64,000 bases of DNA from an uncultured Gemmatimonadaceae bacterium (lineage in GTDB: Bacteria > Gemmatimonadota > Gemmatimonadetes > Gemmatimonadales > Gemmatimonadaceae). The stretch spans positions 96,001 to 160,000 of the forward strand of contig CAWGJO010000026.1 in the NCBI GenBank assembly GCA_963822945.1, in the 5' to 3' direction. Below, piece by piece: positions 10,773 through 20,686 of the stretch. The translations under genes were made by a program, and so were the position numbers. Under the pieces are notes generated by a model. It searched no databases. It was not told the origin of the DNA and was given only the letters and a program-made list of their open reading frames with translations. Position 1 is the stretch's first letter. Each line of letters starts with the position of its first letter.

Positions 10773-11801
10773 ATGGATGGTGTGCTAAAGCAGGTTGGTC
10801 CGTATCTCATCGTGCTCGGCTTTGCGGTCACGGGTGTGATCGTGGCGTACGTCGTGCGCCGCGTCGTGTTCCCGCAACTTCGGCGCGCCGCGGCACATAC
10901 GACGAGCACGGCTGACGACAAGGCCCTTGCGGCCCTCGAAAAGCCGGTGCTGCTGTGGGGCGCCCTGCTGGGCGCGCACATCGGCATCGGCACCGTCCCG
11001 AGCTTCGCCGCAGCGGCACACGGGGTGCAGATGACGGTGCAGGTCATCCTGCTGGCGTCCGCCACGTGGACGCTGGGCACCATCGCCGGCGATTTCGTCA
11101 GCTCGCGGACCGCGGACGCCGAACTGCCGTCGGCCAACCTGATCTCGTACCTCGCGCGTGCCGTGGTGATGCTGGTCGGCGCGCTCGTACTGCTCCAGAC
11201 GCTCGATATCAAGATCACCGCCATCCTCACCACGTTGGGCGTCGGCGGCTTGGCGGTGGGCCTGGCGCTGCAGGACACCCTCGCCAACCTGTTCGCCGGG
11301 ATCCAGCTCCTCCTCTCCAAGCAGGTGCGCGTGGGAGACTTCATCCGCCTGAGCAGCGGCGAGGAAGGCTTCGTCACCGACATCACGTGGCGATACACGA
11401 CCATCCGCCAGCTGCCCAACAACTACACCATCGTCCCCAACGCCAAGCTCTCCAGCGCGGTCACGTCCAACTTCACGATGCCCGACCCCGAACAGTCGAT
11501 CCTCGTGCAGGTCGGCGTGTCGTACGATTCGGATCTGGAGATGGTGGAACGCGTGACGATCGAGGTGGCGCGGGAGATCCAGCGCACCGTGGAGGGCGCC
11601 GTCCAGACGCACGAGCCGTTCACGCGCTATCACACCTTCGGCGACTCGAGCATCAACTTCTCGGTCATCCTGCGCGGACACGAGTACACGGCGCAGTACC
11701 TGATCAAGCACGAATTCATCAAGGCCCTGCACGCGCGCTACAAGAAGGAAGGCATCGAGATCCCGTTCCCGATCCGCACCGTGTACATGAAGCAGACCTA
11801 G
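10773..11801 (+). CDS. mscS: Small-conductance mechanosensitive channel (MscS family)
   Basis: LGVGGLAVGLALQDTLANLFAG, VGDFI, VPNAKL, VGVSYDSD, FGDSSINF, GIEIPFP. Confidence 0.93.
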   Translation: MDGVLKQVGPYLIVLGFAVTGVIVAYVVRRVVFPQLRRAAAHTTSTADDKALAALEKPVLLWGALLGAHIGIGTVPSFAAAAHGVQMTVQVILLASATWTLGTIAGDFVSSRTADAELPSANLISYLARAVVMLVGALVLLQTLDIKITAILTTLGVGGLAVGLALQDTLANLFAGIQLLLSKQVRVGDFIRLSSGEEGFVTDITWRYTTIRQLPNNYTIVPNAKLSSAVTSNFTMPDPEQSILVQVGVSYDSDLEMVERVTIEVAREIQRTVEGAVQTHEPFTRYHTFGDSSINFSVILRGHEYTAQYLIKHEFIKALHARYKKEGIEIPFPIRTVYMKQT

Positions 11802-11812
11802 ACGGCCGCCGG

Positions 11813-14063
11813 TCAGCCGCCCGCGCCGCTGGAGGCGCCGGCGGCCAGCCAGCGGAGCAGCTGGATCACGGCCGCAGGATCGGGGAGCCGGTAGTCGGCC
11901 GCCGAGGCCGTGGTGGCCACGCTGGGCGAGACGTGGATCGAGCGCCCGATGCCGCGCAGCGACAAAAAGGCGTCCTCGTCGGTCACGTCGTCGCCGATGT
12001 ACAGGGCGCGTGTGCGCGACGGCCAGTCGGCGCCGTGCCGCTGCATCAGCACGTAGAGCACCGCCTGCCCCTTGTGCCAATCCAGGGGTGGGCGTCCCTC
12101 GACCACCATCTTGCCGTGCGTCACGCGCAGGCGCAGCCGGCGGAAGATCTGCTCGGCCCGCCGCTCGACATCCGCGCGCTCCTCGGGATCCACCTGGCGC
12201 ACGTGATACGATACGGTGGCCGCCTTGCGTTCCACGTGCGCGCCGCGTACGTCCAGCGCTTCCAGCCGCCGCGCCGCGTTGTCCATGGCCGAGCGATAGT
12301 GATCCAGCCCTTCGTGCCGCAGCGAAACGCCCGGCCCGTCGATCTGGAACCCGTGATCGCCCACGTACGTGATGCCGGGGATGCCGACCCGCTTGCGCAC
12401 GTCGTCCAGCGACCGGCCCGACACGATCACCACGTCCAGCGCCGGGTTGCGCGCCGCCTGGACCAGCGCCGCGCGGGCGCGCGGCGACAGACGGGCGTCT
12501 TCGGGGCGGGCCACGATCGGCGTCAGCGTCCCGTCGTAGTCCAGAAACACCACCGCCGCCGGCCGTCCCGACAGCCAGGGCGTGAGGCGGCGCCGCACAT
12601 GGTCCACGGGCGACGCCTGCGGCGCCTGGCGCCCCACGGCGCGGTCGGCCGCCGTGAGGAAGCTCCGCACCCAGGCGTGCACGTCGTGCGTGCGCACGCG
12701 GTCGCGGAGCGCCGACATGCGGGCCTGCCGCTCGTCGGGCTGCATCGACAGCGCGCGGTTGAGCGCCGACGCCACGGCGTCGATGTCGAACGGGTTGACC
12801 ACCAGGGCTTCCTGCAACTCCTCCGCCGCGCCGGCCATCTCCGAGAGCACGAGCACGCCGCTCAGCGTCACCTGCGCCATGACGTACTCCTTGGCCACCA
12901 GGTTCATGCCGTCTCGCAGCGGGGTGACCATGGCCACGTCCGCCGCGCGATACAGCGGGATCAGCTCCTCGGCGCGGCAGCGAGCGGACCAGGTAGCGGA
13001 TCGGCGACCATCCGGCTTCGGAGAAGCGCCCGTTGATCCGGCCCACCGCCTCGTCGATCTGCCGCTTGAGCTGCGAGTACTCGGCCACGCGCTCGCGGCT
13101 CGGCACCAGGAGTTGCGTGAACTGGATGTGGCGGCGGTACTCCGGCCACCGCTCGAGCAGCCGTTCCACCGCCAGCAGCCGTTCGTAGATGCCCTTGGTG
13201 TAGTCCAGCCGGTCGACGGCCAGGATCTCCCGCGCCCGATCGCCGTGCCGGGCGCGCGGGCCCGACGCCTCGGCCACCGACGCGACGTAGTCCGCGTCGA
13301 TGCTGATCGGATCGACGACGGCCGTGACCGTGCGCCCTTCGTATTCCACCTGACGCGCGTCGCGGTCCACGTTGCAGCCGAGCAGCCGCGCAGCCGCGTT
13401 CAGGAAGTGATCCGCGTAGCTGTCCACCTGGAAGCCAACCACGTCGGCGCCGAGCATCCCGCGCAGCAGCCGCCGCGACCAGGGCAGCACGCGGAACACG
13501 TCGGTGGCGGGGAAGGGGATGTGCAGAAACGACGCGATCCGCGCCTCGGGCACGAGCTGCCGCAGGTGGTGCGGCATCCGCAGCAACTGGTAGTCCTGCA
13601 CCCAGACCAGTTCGCCCGCCCGGGCGAACGACGCCGCCCGCTCGGCGAACCGCTTGTTGACCGCGTCGTACACGCGCCACCAGTTGGCCTCGATGCGCGT
13701 GCTGCCGACGAAATAATGGAACAGCGGCCACAGCGTGCGGTTGGAAAACCCCGCGTAGTATTGCGTGACCTCGTGCGCGGACAACGGCAATGCTTCGTAC
13801 CGCACGTTGCGGTCCTTCGGAAACACCACGTCGTCGCTCTGGGCCAGCTCCTCGCGCCCGATGCCGGGCCAGCCGATCCACACGCCCCCGCGCTCCCGGA
13901 GCACCGGGGAGAGCGCGCTCACCAGGCCACCCGGCGAACGCCGGAAGGTCACCCGTCCCCCCTTCCGCTCGGCCTGGAAGGGTAGCCGGTTGCTGACGAC
14001 GACCAACCGCTCTGAAACGGCCGCCGCCCCTCCGCGTGTCTTGGTTCGGGGTGCGCGATCCAT
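11813..14063 (-). CDS. otsAB: Bifunctional trehalose-6-phosphate synthase/phosphatase (OtsA-OtsB fusion); one frameshift at ~12975
   Basis: GT20 motifs VVSNRLP, PGGLVSAL, WPLFHY, FLHIPFP, DRLDYTKG and LRDGMNLVAKEY, then HAD motifs FLDYDGTL, VSGR and YIGDDVTDEDAF. Removing one C near 12975 fuses the frames. Start approximate. Confidence 0.92.
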
Positions 14064-14203
14064 GTCGTGCAAACTAACCAACTTACGAGCTCACGGAAAC
14101 ATGAACCGACGACTACAACGAATCCGGTACACGGGTAGACACCCGACACCGTGAAGTGAGAACTCCTATGGCCATACGCACCCAGCCCCACTAGGATGCC
14201 GAC

Positions 14204-14569
14204 ATGATGTGGACGCGCACGCGCCGGTTGACGGCGTTGATGACATCGGTGCTCACCCTGCAGCTGGCGACGGCCGGGGCCGGGGCCGCGTGTGCGTGCC
14301 CCCCGCCACAGGGCGCCTCCCAGTCGGCCATGGATGCGATGGCAATGCCCGGGGGACACCAGTCCGCGCCGGCGCCCGCCATGCCCTGTCACCACGGGGC
14401 TTCCATGCCGGGGTGCGCGATGATGTCCGCCTGCTCCGCGCCGGCGTTGGCCGCCGTGCCCGTCGTCGCCGCGGCCGCGCCGCGTCCGGCTGTGCTGCCC
14501 ATGGTGCGCCGCGCGGCCGAGATGGCCAGCCTCTCGCTGCCGCCTGAACTCCCGCCGCCACGCGGCTGA
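14204..14569 (+). CDS. Small exported Cys/Met/His-rich protein with a Pro-rich C-terminus; CutF/CruR/CzcI-like leader upstream of the cus operon
   Basis: Signal-like N-terminus, CAC, CHH and CAMMSAC motifs, many Met residues, ends LPPELPPPRG*. Lies immediately upstream of the TolC-type gene. Confidence 0.7.
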   Translation: MMWTRTRRLTALMTSVLTLQLATAGAGAACACPPPQGASQSAMDAMAMPGGHQSAPAPAMPCHHGASMPGCAMMSACSAPALAAVPVVAAAAPRPAVLPMVRRAAEMASLSLPPELPPPRG

Positions 14570-14671
14570 TCCACCACCGGTGATCTGACAGCCGCCCCGG
14601 CGCACGCGCGCCGCGGGCTCGTGGTGGACGCGCAGGGACCGCAGGTCCCGCGCCCTCTGGAGACCAGCAAC

Positions 14672-16018
14672 ATGCATTCGACATCGCGGCGCCCCGGGCG
14701 CCGCCTGAGCAGGGTGTGCCGCGCGCTCGCGGCCGTCCCGGCGCTTGCCCTCGCCGCAGGCGTCGTCGAGGGCCAGACGCCGGCGGCGCCGACGCCCGGT
14801 CTGCGCCTCGCCGACGTGTACCAGGAAGTCCTCGCGCACAATCCCCGGATCGGCGCCGCACGTTCGGTGGCCGACGCCGCCGACGCGATGGTCCGGTCGG
14901 CGTCGCTGCCCCCCGATCCCCAACTGCAATTCGGGCTCATGAACTACGGGCTGCCCAGTTTCCGGCCCATGGCCCCGCTGGGCATGATGCAGCTCCAGGT
15001 GATGCAGATGGTGCCGTTGCCCGGCAAGCTCTCGCTCGCTGGTGCGGCCGCGCGCGCCAATCGCGATGCCGCGCGCGAGCAATCCGACGGCGTGGCCTGG
15101 GGGGCGCGCCGTGACGCCGCCGCGGCGTTCTACGATCTCTATCAGACCGATCAGCAACTGGCCGTGGCGCGCCGGACCCTCGCCTTGCTCGGCGACATCC
15201 AGCAGACGGCCCAGGCCATGTACCGGGTGGGTCGCGCCAGCCAGGCCGACGTGCTGCGGGCGCAGGTGGAACTGGCGCGCATGACCGAGGACACGCTGCG
15301 TCTCACGGCCAGACGCACGGCCGGCGCCGCCCGGTTGGACGCCGTGCTCGATCGCGATGCCGGCGACAGTGCGGACTCGCCCGTACTTCCGGCATTCCCC
15401 GCCGTGGCCCCGGCGCGCGACTCGCTCATCCAACTCGCGGAACGCGACCGCCCGTCGGTGCGCGCGCAGTCCGATGCGGTCACGGCCGCGGAGCGGCAAC
15501 GCGACCTCGCGGCGCGCAACCGGTGGCCCGACCTGGCCGTGGGCGTATCGGTGGGTCAGCGGACCGCCGGCGGCGCCATGCGCATGGGCAGCCTCATGGT
15601 CGGGGCCGCGATCCCCGTGTTCGCGGGCTCACGCCAGAATCGCGCCGTCCAGTCGGCATCCGCCATCCAGGCGGCGCGGGCCGCCGACCTGCGTGCCGCG
15701 CGGGCCGACACGCGTGCCGACGTGATCGAGGCGTACGCCGACCTCACGCGCGCCCGGCGCCTCACCGCGCTCTACCGGTTCACCGTGCTCCCGCAGGCCG
15801 AGGCCGCCGCAACGTCGGCGCTCGCCAGCTATCGCGTGGGCGGCGTGGACTTCATGACGGTCCTCGATGATCGCATGACGGTGGACCGCTACGCGCGGGC
15901 GCTGCACGCGCTCGAATCCGACGAAGGGAATGCCTGGGCCCGGCTCGAAGCGCTGGTCGCGCGCCCGCTCATCAACGCCAACTCGACGGCCGCGCTCGCG
16001 TCCGGAGGTGTCCAATGA
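14672..16018 (+). CDS. cusC: TolC-family outer membrane efflux protein (CusC/CzcC-like)
   Basis: Signal peptide, LPPDPQL, QMVPLPGKL, MYRVGRASQADVLRAQVE, YRVGGVDFMTVLD. Stop overlaps the next ATG (ATGA). Confidence 0.85.
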   Translation: MHSTSRRPGRRLSRVCRALAAVPALALAAGVVEGQTPAAPTPGLRLADVYQEVLAHNPRIGAARSVADAADAMVRSASLPPDPQLQFGLMNYGLPSFRPMAPLGMMQLQVMQMVPLPGKLSLAGAAARANRDAAREQSDGVAWGARRDAAAAFYDLYQTDQQLAVARRTLALLGDIQQTAQAMYRVGRASQADVLRAQVELARMTEDTLRLTARRTAGAARLDAVLDRDAGDSADSPVLPAFPAVAPARDSLIQLAERDRPSVRAQSDAVTAAERQRDLAARNRWPDLAVGVSVGQRTAGGAMRMGSLMVGAAIPVFAGSRQNRAVQSASAIQAARAADLRAARADTRADVIEAYADLTRARRLTALYRFTVLPQAEAAATSALASYRVGGVDFMTVLDDRMTVDRYARALHALESDEGNAWARLEALVARPLINANSTAALASGGVQ

Positions 16019-17370
16019 CCGATATTCTGCAGCCGCGTGCGTCGCGCCGCGGGGCGATCCTCCGCTGGAGCGGCAGCGCGGCCGTCGTCGTCAGCGCCGC
16101 CATCGCGGCATACGCGCTCGGCCGTCATCCGGCACCGCAGGCGGCGCCCATGGCGATGTCGGCCGATTCCACGGCGGTGGCCGGTCGCCAGACGGTCATG
16201 CTCTCACCCGCCGAGGCCCATCGCATCGGGGTGACGTATGCGCCCGTGGTCCGGGGGCCGGTGGTGCGCGAGGTGCGGACGGTGGGCCAGGTGTCGTACG
16301 ACGAGGAGTCCGTCACCGCGATTGCGCCGAAGCTCGACGGGTGGGTGGACTCACTCTTCGTGAACTACACCGGGCAGTCCGTGACGCGTGGCGCGCCCCT
16401 GCTCACCATCTACGCGCCCATGGCGGTTGCCGCCGAGGAGGAACTCGTGCTCGCGCACCACCTGCGCGACCGTGTGGCCCAGGGCACCGCCGATGCGCGG
16501 AGCGGCGCCGACGATCTGCTGGCCGGCGCGCGGCGCCGGCTCGCGTACTGGGACATTCCGGCGGCCGACATCGCGCAGATCGAATCCACGGGCGTCGTCC
16601 GCAAGACGCTCACGCTGCGGGCGCCGGTCACCGGGGTCGTCGTACAGAAGGCCGTGGTGGCCGGGCAGCGCATCATGGCGGGGCAGACGCTCTACCAGAT
16701 CGTCGATCTGCGCACCGTCTGGGTGCAGGGCGAGGTCTTCGAACGCGACCTCCCCGCCGTCCGGCTGGGGCAATCCGTGAACGCCACCTTCGAGGCGCTG
16801 CCGGGTACGGTGCGCACCGGGCGCATCACCTTCATCGACCCGGTCATCAATCCCGATACCCGCACCGCGCGGGTGCGCGTGGCGCTGGCCAATCGCGACC
16901 TGGCGCTGAAGCCCGGGATGTACGCCACGCTGACGGCGCAGGCACACGAAGCCGAGGACGCGCTCAGCATTCCGCGCAATGCCGTGCTCTCAACGGGCGA
17001 GCGCAACGTCGTGTTCGTGAAACGCGCCGACGGCATGCTGGAGCCCCGCGAGATCACCCTCGGCATGGCCGGCGAACATCGGGTGACCGTGCTTCGCGGG
17101 CTCGCGATGGGCGATACGGTCGTCGCGTCGGCCACCTTCCTCGTGGACGCGGAGTCGAACCTGGCCGAGGCGATGGGCGGCATGGGTGGCATGCCGGGCA
17201 TGGACATGGCGATGCCGGCACAGCAGACCGCCGCGCCCGCCAGGTCCGACACGGCGGGCGCGATGCCGGGAATGACGATGCCCGCACCGGTCAAGCACGA
17301 CACGATGCCGGACATGCCGGGCATGCCCGGCATGAAATCCCCCAGGCCCGCCGCCGGCGGCCACCGCTAG
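16015..17370 (+). CDS. cusB: RND periplasmic adaptor subunit (CusB-like) with a Met-rich C-terminal tail
   Basis: N-terminal TM, GWVDSLFVNYTG, RAPVTGVV, TRTARVR, LKPGMY, FLVDAES, then MGGMGGMPGMDMAM...MPDMPGMPGM. Confidence 0.9.
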   Translation: MTDILQPRASRRGAILRWSGSAAVVVSAAIAAYALGRHPAPQAAPMAMSADSTAVAGRQTVMLSPAEAHRIGVTYAPVVRGPVVREVRTVGQVSYDEESVTAIAPKLDGWVDSLFVNYTGQSVTRGAPLLTIYAPMAVAAEEELVLAHHLRDRVAQGTADARSGADDLLAGARRRLAYWDIPAADIAQIESTGVVRKTLTLRAPVTGVVVQKAVVAGQRIMAGQTLYQIVDLRTVWVQGEVFERDLPAVRLGQSVNATFEALPGTVRTGRITFIDPVINPDTRTARVRVALANRDLALKPGMYATLTAQAHEAEDALSIPRNAVLSTGERNVVFVKRADGMLEPREITLGMAGEHRVTVLRGLAMGDTVVASATFLVDAESNLAEAMGGMGGMPGMDMAMPAQQTAAPARSDTAGAMPGMTMPAPVKHDTMPDMPGMPGMKSPRPAAGGHR

Positions 17371-17379
17371 GAGACGACC

Positions 17380-20300
17380 ATGTTGAATCGCATCATCAGC
17401 TGGTCGATCCGGAATCCCTTCCTGGTGATCCTGGCGACGCTGGCGGCCGGTCTGTTCGGCTACTGGGCCATGACGCGCACCCCGCTCGACGCGCTCCCCG
17501 ACCTGAGCGACGTGCAGGTGATCGTGCAGGCCGACTATGAGGGCCAGGCGCCGCGCATCGTCGAGGACCAGGTCACGTATCCCGTCGCCGCCGAGATGCT
17601 CAAGGTGCCCGGCGCCAAGACGGTGCGCGGGTATTCGTTCTTCGGCGTGTCGTTCGTGTACGTGATCTTCGACGACGGCACGGACCTCTACTGGGCGCGT
17701 TCGCGGGTGCTCGAATACCTCAGCGGCATCAAGGCCAAGCTGCCCGCCACCGTGACCCCGGTGCTCGGGCCGGACGCCACCGGTCTGGGGTGGGTATACC
17801 AGTACGCGCTGGAGGACACCAGCGGCCGGATGTCGATTGCCGACCTCCGGAGCCTGCAGGACTGGAACATCCGCTACGCGCTCACCGGCGTGCCCGGCGT
17901 GTCCGAGGTCGCCTCGGTGGGCGGGTTCGAGAAGCAGTACCAGGTGGACGTCGACCCCGCCAAGCTGCTCGCCTACGGCATTCCGATCACGCGTGTGATG
18001 ACGGCCATCCGCAACGCCAACAGCGACGTCGGCGCGATGGTGATGGAGTTGTCGGAGCGCGAGAACATGGTGCGCGGTCTGGGCTATCTCAGATCCGTGG
18101 CCGACATCGAGAACGTGGACGTCGGCGCCACGGCCAGCGGCACGCCGATCACGGTGCGCGACGTGGCACACGTGACCGTGGGACCGGCCGTCCGCCGCGG
18201 CATCGCCGATCTCGACGGCCGCGGCGACGCCGTGGGCGGCATCGTGATCATGCGGTTCGGGCAGAACGCGCTGGCCACGATCCACGCCGTCAAGCAGCGG
18301 TTGGCCGAGGTGGCCAGGTCGCTCCCGCACGGTGTCGTGGTGGTGCCGGTGTACGATCGCAGCGGGCTCATCGAACGCGCCATCGAGACGTTGCGCGGCA
18401 AGCTGCTCGAGGAATCGCTGATCGTCGCGCTCGTCTGTGTGCTCTTCCTCCTGCACGCGCGATCCGCGGCCGTGGCGATCGTCACCCTCGTCGAGGGCAT
18501 CCTGCTCGGCTTCATCGCCATGCGGTGGGCCGGCGTGGGCGCCGACATCATGAGCCTGGGAGGCATCGCCATCAACATCGGGGCGATGATCGATGCCGCC
18601 ATCGTGATGATCGAGAACATGCACAAGCATCTGGAACGCGCCGCACCGGCGGGCGGCGAGGGCGATTCCGGACGGTTCGACACCCGGTCGCTCACCAGGG
18701 CGCAACGCTGGCAGATCGCGCTCGACGCGTCCAGGGAAGTGGGGCCGGCACTCTTCTTCTCGCTCCTCATCATGACCGTGTCGTTCCTGCCGGTGTTCAG
18801 CCTGCAGGGCGAGGAGGGCCGGCTGTTCACGCCGCTCGCCTTCACCAAGACGTTCACGATGGCCGCGGCCAGCCTGCTCTCGGTGACGCTCGTGCCGGTG
18901 GCCATGGCGCTGTTCATTCGCGGACGCATCCACCGTGAGCGGGCCAATCCGATCAACCGCTGGTTGATCCGTCTCTACCGCCCGGTCATCGACGGCGTGC
19001 TCCGCCACCGCCTCGCCGTGGTCACCGCTGCCGTCGCCATCCTCGTGCTCACGTGGGTACCCTGGTCGCGCATGGGCAGCGAGTTCATGCCGCCGCTCTA
19101 TGAGGGCTCGCTGCTGTTCATGCCCACCACCACGCCCGGCATCAGCGTGGCGCGGGCCCGCGAGATGCTTCAGGTCCAGGACTCGATCTTCAAGAGCTTC
19201 CCCGAGGTGGAGCACGTGTTCGGCAAGGCGGGACGCGCCAACACGGCCACCGATCCGGCCGGCCTCGACATGAGCGAGACCACGATTACCCTGAAGCCTG
19301 AATCCGAATGGCCCGCGGGGATGACCCACGACAAGCTCGTCGCCGCCATGGATTCGGCCGTCCGGACGCCCGGCATCATCAACTCGTGGACCATGCCCAT
19401 CAAGGGCCGCATGGACATGTTGGCCACGGGCATTCGCACGCCGGTGGGGGTCAAGATCTTCGGGCCCGACCTCGATACCCTGCAGCGCATCGGGCACGAC
19501 GTGGAGCGGGCGGCCCAGACCGTGCCCGGCACGCGCAGTGCCTTCGCCGAGCGGGTGGTGTCCGGCTACTACGTGGACATCAGCATCGATCGCGAGGCGG
19601 CGGCCCGGCACGGCCTCAACATCGGCGACGTGCAGAGCGTCATCTCGGCGGCCATCGGCGGCATGGCGGTGACGCAGACGGTAGAGGGGAGGGAACGCTA
19701 CGCCGTGCGCGTTCGCTATCCGCAGGAACTGCGCGACACGCCGGAACGTCTGGCCCAGGTGCTCGTCCCGATGGCGCATCAGGCCAGCCGTCCGCCGGGA
19801 ATGACCGCCGCCTCGATGGCGATGCCGTCGTCCGGCGCCGGTCCCCTGCCCACGATGGCCGGGCGCGTGGGCCAGGTCCCCCTCGGCGAGGTCGCCACGA
19901 TTCGACAGGAAACGGGGCCCATGGTGGTGCGCACCGAGAACGCGACGCCCACGGCGTGGGTGTACATCGACGTCGCCGGTCGCGACCTCGGAAGCTACGT
20001 GGCCGACGCCCAGCGCGTCGTCGAACGGCAGGTTGCACTGCCCACGGGGTACCGGGTCGAGTGGAGCGGGGAGTACGAGTACATGCAACGGGCCAAGGCG
20101 CGCATGACGATCGTCGTGCCGGCCACGCTGGCCATCATCTTCCTGCTGCTATTCCTCAACTTCCGCACGGTGGGCGACACGCTGCTCGTGATGGTGTCGC
20201 TGCCCTTCGCCCTCGTGGGCGGCCTCTGGTTCGTGTGGTGGCTGGGTTACAACTGGTCGGTGGCGGTCGCCATCGGGTTCATCGCGCTGGCCGGTGTGGC

Positions 20301-20679
20301 GGCCGAAACCGGCGTGGTGATGCTCATCTACCTCAACCAGGCGTGGGCGGGGAAAACCGCGCAGGGCGCGTCGCCCACCGTGGGCGACCTGTACGCCGCC
20401 GTGATCGAGGGCGCGGTGGACCGCGTGCGGCCGAAGATGATGACCGTGGTCGCGATCATGGCTGGTCTGCTGCCGATTCTGTGGGGCAACGGAACGGGGG
20501 CCAGCGTGATGAAGCGCATCGCGGCCCCGATGGTCGGCGGCATGGTGTCGAGCACCGTGCTCACCCTGGTGGTGATTCCCGCCCTGTATTCCTGGTGGAA
20601 GGAGTGGGGCCTGCGGGAGCCCGTCCCACGACTGGTGCCGGCGCCGGTCTCCCCTTCGGTCCGGCCTGGCGCCGGGTGA
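17380..20679 (+). CDS. cusA: Heavy-metal RND transporter CusA/SilA (Cu(I)/Ag(I))
   Basis: PLDALPDLSDVQVI, VEDQVTYP, LGPDATGLGWVYQY, RVRPKMMT, MKRIAAPMVGG. The three CusA-type metal-binding Met contexts are present (EFMPP, LDMSET, WTMPI). Confidence 0.95.
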   Translation: MLNRIISWSIRNPFLVILATLAAGLFGYWAMTRTPLDALPDLSDVQVIVQADYEGQAPRIVEDQVTYPVAAEMLKVPGAKTVRGYSFFGVSFVYVIFDDGTDLYWARSRVLEYLSGIKAKLPATVTPVLGPDATGLGWVYQYALEDTSGRMSIADLRSLQDWNIRYALTGVPGVSEVASVGGFEKQYQVDVDPAKLLAYGIPITRVMTAIRNANSDVGAMVMELSERENMVRGLGYLRSVADIENVDVGATASGTPITVRDVAHVTVGPAVRRGIADLDGRGDAVGGIVIMRFGQNALATIHAVKQRLAEVARSLPHGVVVVPVYDRSGLIERAIETLRGKLLEESLIVALVCVLFLLHARSAAVAIVTLVEGILLGFIAMRWAGVGADIMSLGGIAINIGAMIDAAIVMIENMHKHLERAAPAGGEGDSGRFDTRSLTRAQRWQIALDASREVGPALFFSLLIMTVSFLPVFSLQGEEGRLFTPLAFTKTFTMAAASLLSVTLVPVAMALFIRGRIHRERANPINRWLIRLYRPVIDGVLRHRLAVVTAAVAILVLTWVPWSRMGSEFMPPLYEGSLLFMPTTTPGISVARAREMLQVQDSIFKSFPEVEHVFGKAGRANTATDPAGLDMSETTITLKPESEWPAGMTHDKLVAAMDSAVRTPGIINSWTMPIKGRMDMLATGIRTPVGVKIFGPDLDTLQRIGHDVERAAQTVPGTRSAFAERVVSGYYVDISIDREAAARHGLNIGDVQSVISAAIGGMAVTQTVEGRERYAVRVRYPQELRDTPERLAQVLVPMAHQASRPPGMTAASMAMPSSGAGPLPTMAGRVGQVPLGEVATIRQETGPMVVRTENATPTAWVYIDVAGRDLGSYVADAQRVVERQVALPTGYRVEWSGEYEYMQRAKARMTIVVPATLAIIFLLLFLNFRTVGDTLLVMVSLPFALVGGLWFVWWLGYNWSVAVAIGFIALAGVAAETGVVMLIYLNQAWAGKTAQGASPTVGDLYAAVIEGAVDRVRPKMMTVVAIMAGLLPILWGNGTGASVMKRIAAPMVGGMVSSTVLTLVVIPALYSWWKEWGLREPVPRLVPAPVSPSVRPGAG

Positions 20680-20686
20680 CAGGTGC

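Noticed and set aside
10785..14081. Apparent 1098-aa OtsA ORF overlapping mscS
   Set aside because: Read-through in the wrong frame after the ~12975 indel. The true C-terminus is the phosphatase domain ending at 11813.
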